Assembly (NCBI GenBank): GCA_032718475.1
Contig: JAUCBJ010006864.1
Span: forward strand, 1-64,000
Reading direction: 5' to 3'
Origin: Nemertoderma westbladi
Lineage: Eukaryota; Animalia; Xenacoelomorpha
DNA length: 64,000 nt
Each line of letters starts with the position of its first letter. Within the stretch, counting starts at the first letter, position 1. A program made the translations under genes and the position numbers. Shown in pieces: positions 61,746-64,000 of the stretch. A model generated the notes under the pieces. The model made no database searches. It had not been told where the DNA came from and worked only from the letters and a program-made list of their open reading frames with translations.

Positions 61746-63965
61746 ATGTCTTCGAATACTTTTAGTGACGCTGCTTGGGATTTACTGGATCGTATCATGG
61801 CAGATGAAAGTGATTCTCAGTCCGGTGATGAGGAACAAGAGAACTGCGTCGCTCCACCAACTGTTAATAAAGAAATCGAGACAAACAGCGGTATAAACGT
61901 TATCAGTTTTAAATCGGAAGCGGAACCTATTTGCGGTACTTCAGAAGATAAATCTCGAAAGATCAAACAAGAGTTCTGTACAGATGAACAATATTCTAAT
62001 TATCAAATCAGCAACACAAACAGCGGTATTAACGTTATCAGTTTTAAATCGGAAGCGGAACCTATTTGCGGTACTTCAGAAGATAAATCTCGAAAGATCA
62101 AACAAGAGTTCTGTACAGATGAACAATATTCTAATTATCAAATCAGCAACACAAACAGCGGTATAAACGTTATCAGTTTTAAATCGGAAGCGGAACCTAT
62201 TTGCGGTACTTCAGAAGATAAATCTCGAAAGATCAAACAAGAGTTCTGTACAGATGAACAATATTCTAATTATCAAATCAGCAACACAAACAGCGGTATA
62301 AACGTTATCAGTTTTAAATCGGAAGCGGAACCTATTTGCGGTACTTCAGAAGATAAATCTCGAAAGATCAAACAAGAGTTCTGTACAGATGAACAATATT
62401 CTAATTATCGAATCGGTAACACAAACAGCGGTATAAACGTTATCAGTTTTAAATCGGAAGCGGGAGCTATTTGCGGTACTTCCGAAAATAAATCTCGAAA
62501 GATCAAACAAGAGTTCTGTACAGATGAACAATATTCTAATTATCAAATCAGCAACACAAACAGCGGTATAAACGTTATCAGTTTTAAATCGGAAGCGGAA
62601 CCTATTTGCGGTACTTCAGAAGATAAATCTCGAAAGATCAAACAAGAGTTCTGTACAGATGAACAATATTCTAATTATCGAATCGGTAACACAAACAGCG
62701 GTATAAACGTTATCAGTTTTAAATCGGAAGCGGGAGCTATTTGCGGTACTTCCGAAAATAAATCTCGAAAGATCAAACAAGAGTTCTGTACAGATGAACA
62801 ATATTCTAATTATCAAATCAGCAACACAAACAGCGGTATAAACGTTATCAGTTTTAAATCAGAAGCGGAACCTATTTGCGATACTTCCCAAAACAAATAT
62901 CGAGTTGTAAGACAAGATTTCTGTATTGAGAAACAATCTGCTTGTGAAGTTATTGCTAAATCCGTTCTCAAGGGTAAGCGAATTAATCGTAAAGTAAATT
63001 TAAAGAATCGCAAACAATCATTGCATAAAAGTATCAAGTATAATTGTGGGTCTTGTGACAAACAATTTACTCGCAAATGGTATCTAAATATCCACAAAGA
63101 AGCAAAACATAAAGGTATCAAATATAATTGCAGTTCTTGTGACAAGCAATGTAGTGACAAAGGATATCTGAAGAGACACATAGAATCAGTAAATAAAGGT
63201 ATCAAGTATAAATGCGGTTCTTGTGAGAAACAATTTAATTACAAAGGGGATCTAAAGAGACACATGGAATCAGTACATAAAGGTATCAAGTATAAATGCG
63301 GTTCTTGTGACAAACAATTTACTGACAAAGGAAATCTGAAGAGACACATACAGTCTGCTCATAAAGGTGTCAAGTATAAATGCGGTTCTTGTGACAAACA
63401 ATTTACTCAAAAAGGACATCTAAGGACCCACATGGAATCAGTACATAAAGGTATCAAGTATAATTGCAGTTCTTGTGACAAACAATTTAATTACAAAGGG
63501 GATCTAAAGAGACACATGGAATCAGTGCATAAATGTATCAAGTATAAATGTGGTTCTTGTGAGAAACAATTTACTGACAAAGGAAATCTGAAGAGACACA
63601 TACAGTCTGCTCATAAAGGTGTCAAGTATAAATGCGGTTCTTGTGACAAACAATTTAGTGACAAAGGGAGTCTAAATAGACACATACAGTCTGCTCATAA
63701 AGGTGTAAAGTATAAGTGCGGTTATTGTGACAAACAATTTACTGTATATGGGAGTCTAAATAAACACATACAGTCTGCTCATAAAGGCATAAAGTATAAT
63801 TGCGTTTCTTGTGACAAACAATTTACTGAAAAAGGATATCTGAATAGACACATTCTATCAGTCCATAAAGGTGTGAAATATAAATGCGGTTCTTGTGAGA
63901 AACAATGTAGTCAAAAAGGGAATCTAAAGAATCACAAACACTCAGTTCACAAAGACACCAATTAA
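61746..63965 (+). CDS. Intronless C2H2 zinc-finger protein (11 fingers) with ~7.5 N-terminal 45-aa repeats
   Basis: 28-aa units Y.C.SC.KQF.....L..H....HKG.K; 135-bp tandem repeat 61881-62900 kept in frame. Confidence 0.93.
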   Translation: MSSNTFSDAAWDLLDRIMADESDSQSGDEEQENCVAPPTVNKEIETNSGINVISFKSEAEPICGTSEDKSRKIKQEFCTDEQYSNYQISNTNSGINVISFKSEAEPICGTSEDKSRKIKQEFCTDEQYSNYQISNTNSGINVISFKSEAEPICGTSEDKSRKIKQEFCTDEQYSNYQISNTNSGINVISFKSEAEPICGTSEDKSRKIKQEFCTDEQYSNYRIGNTNSGINVISFKSEAGAICGTSENKSRKIKQEFCTDEQYSNYQISNTNSGINVISFKSEAEPICGTSEDKSRKIKQEFCTDEQYSNYRIGNTNSGINVISFKSEAGAICGTSENKSRKIKQEFCTDEQYSNYQISNTNSGINVISFKSEAEPICDTSQNKYRVVRQDFCIEKQSACEVIAKSVLKGKRINRKVNLKNRKQSLHKSIKYNCGSCDKQFTRKWYLNIHKEAKHKGIKYNCSSCDKQCSDKGYLKRHIESVNKGIKYKCGSCEKQFNYKGDLKRHMESVHKGIKYKCGSCDKQFTDKGNLKRHIQSAHKGVKYKCGSCDKQFTQKGHLRTHMESVHKGIKYNCSSCDKQFNYKGDLKRHMESVHKCIKYKCGSCEKQFTDKGNLKRHIQSAHKGVKYKCGSCDKQFSDKGSLNRHIQSAHKGVKYKCGYCDKQFTVYGSLNKHIQSAHKGIKYNCVSCDKQFTEKGYLNRHILSVHKGVKYKCGSCEKQCSQKGNLKNHKHSVHKDTN

Positions 63966-64000
63966 TGCTCCTGGTGGTGGAATCTGTAAATTACCGACTT

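Overview
AT-rich, repeat-dense animal (probably invertebrate) nuclear DNA. Host genes: a complete intron-containing 40S ribosomal protein SA gene (RPSA; coding exons 28882-35161) with two intronic SNORD58-like C/D snoRNAs; an intronless 11-finger C2H2 gene with a 45-aa tandem repeat (61746-63965); and a two-exon gene for a small secreted peptide with a Gla-domain-like motif (6737-7247) plus a pseudogene duplicate. The rest is nested mobile DNA. (i) An ~18 kb block bounded by inverted arrays of a 17-19 bp satellite holds a BEL/Pao element interrupted by an intact 2A-PHD-APE-RT LINE, a solo LTR, a MITE and a Crypton-type tyrosine-recombinase element with hairpin ends. (ii) A decayed Gypsy element is interrupted by a LINE and by a 14.3 kb non-autonomous BEL/Pao element (near-identical 1209-bp LTRs) that lost RT/integrase but carries an unknown cargo ORF behind a long G-U-rich RNA stem. 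(iii) A Penelope-like inverted repeat with minimal hammerhead motifs, several MITEs and satellites. Everything was read by eye; no searches or folding were run, so family names are motif-based.
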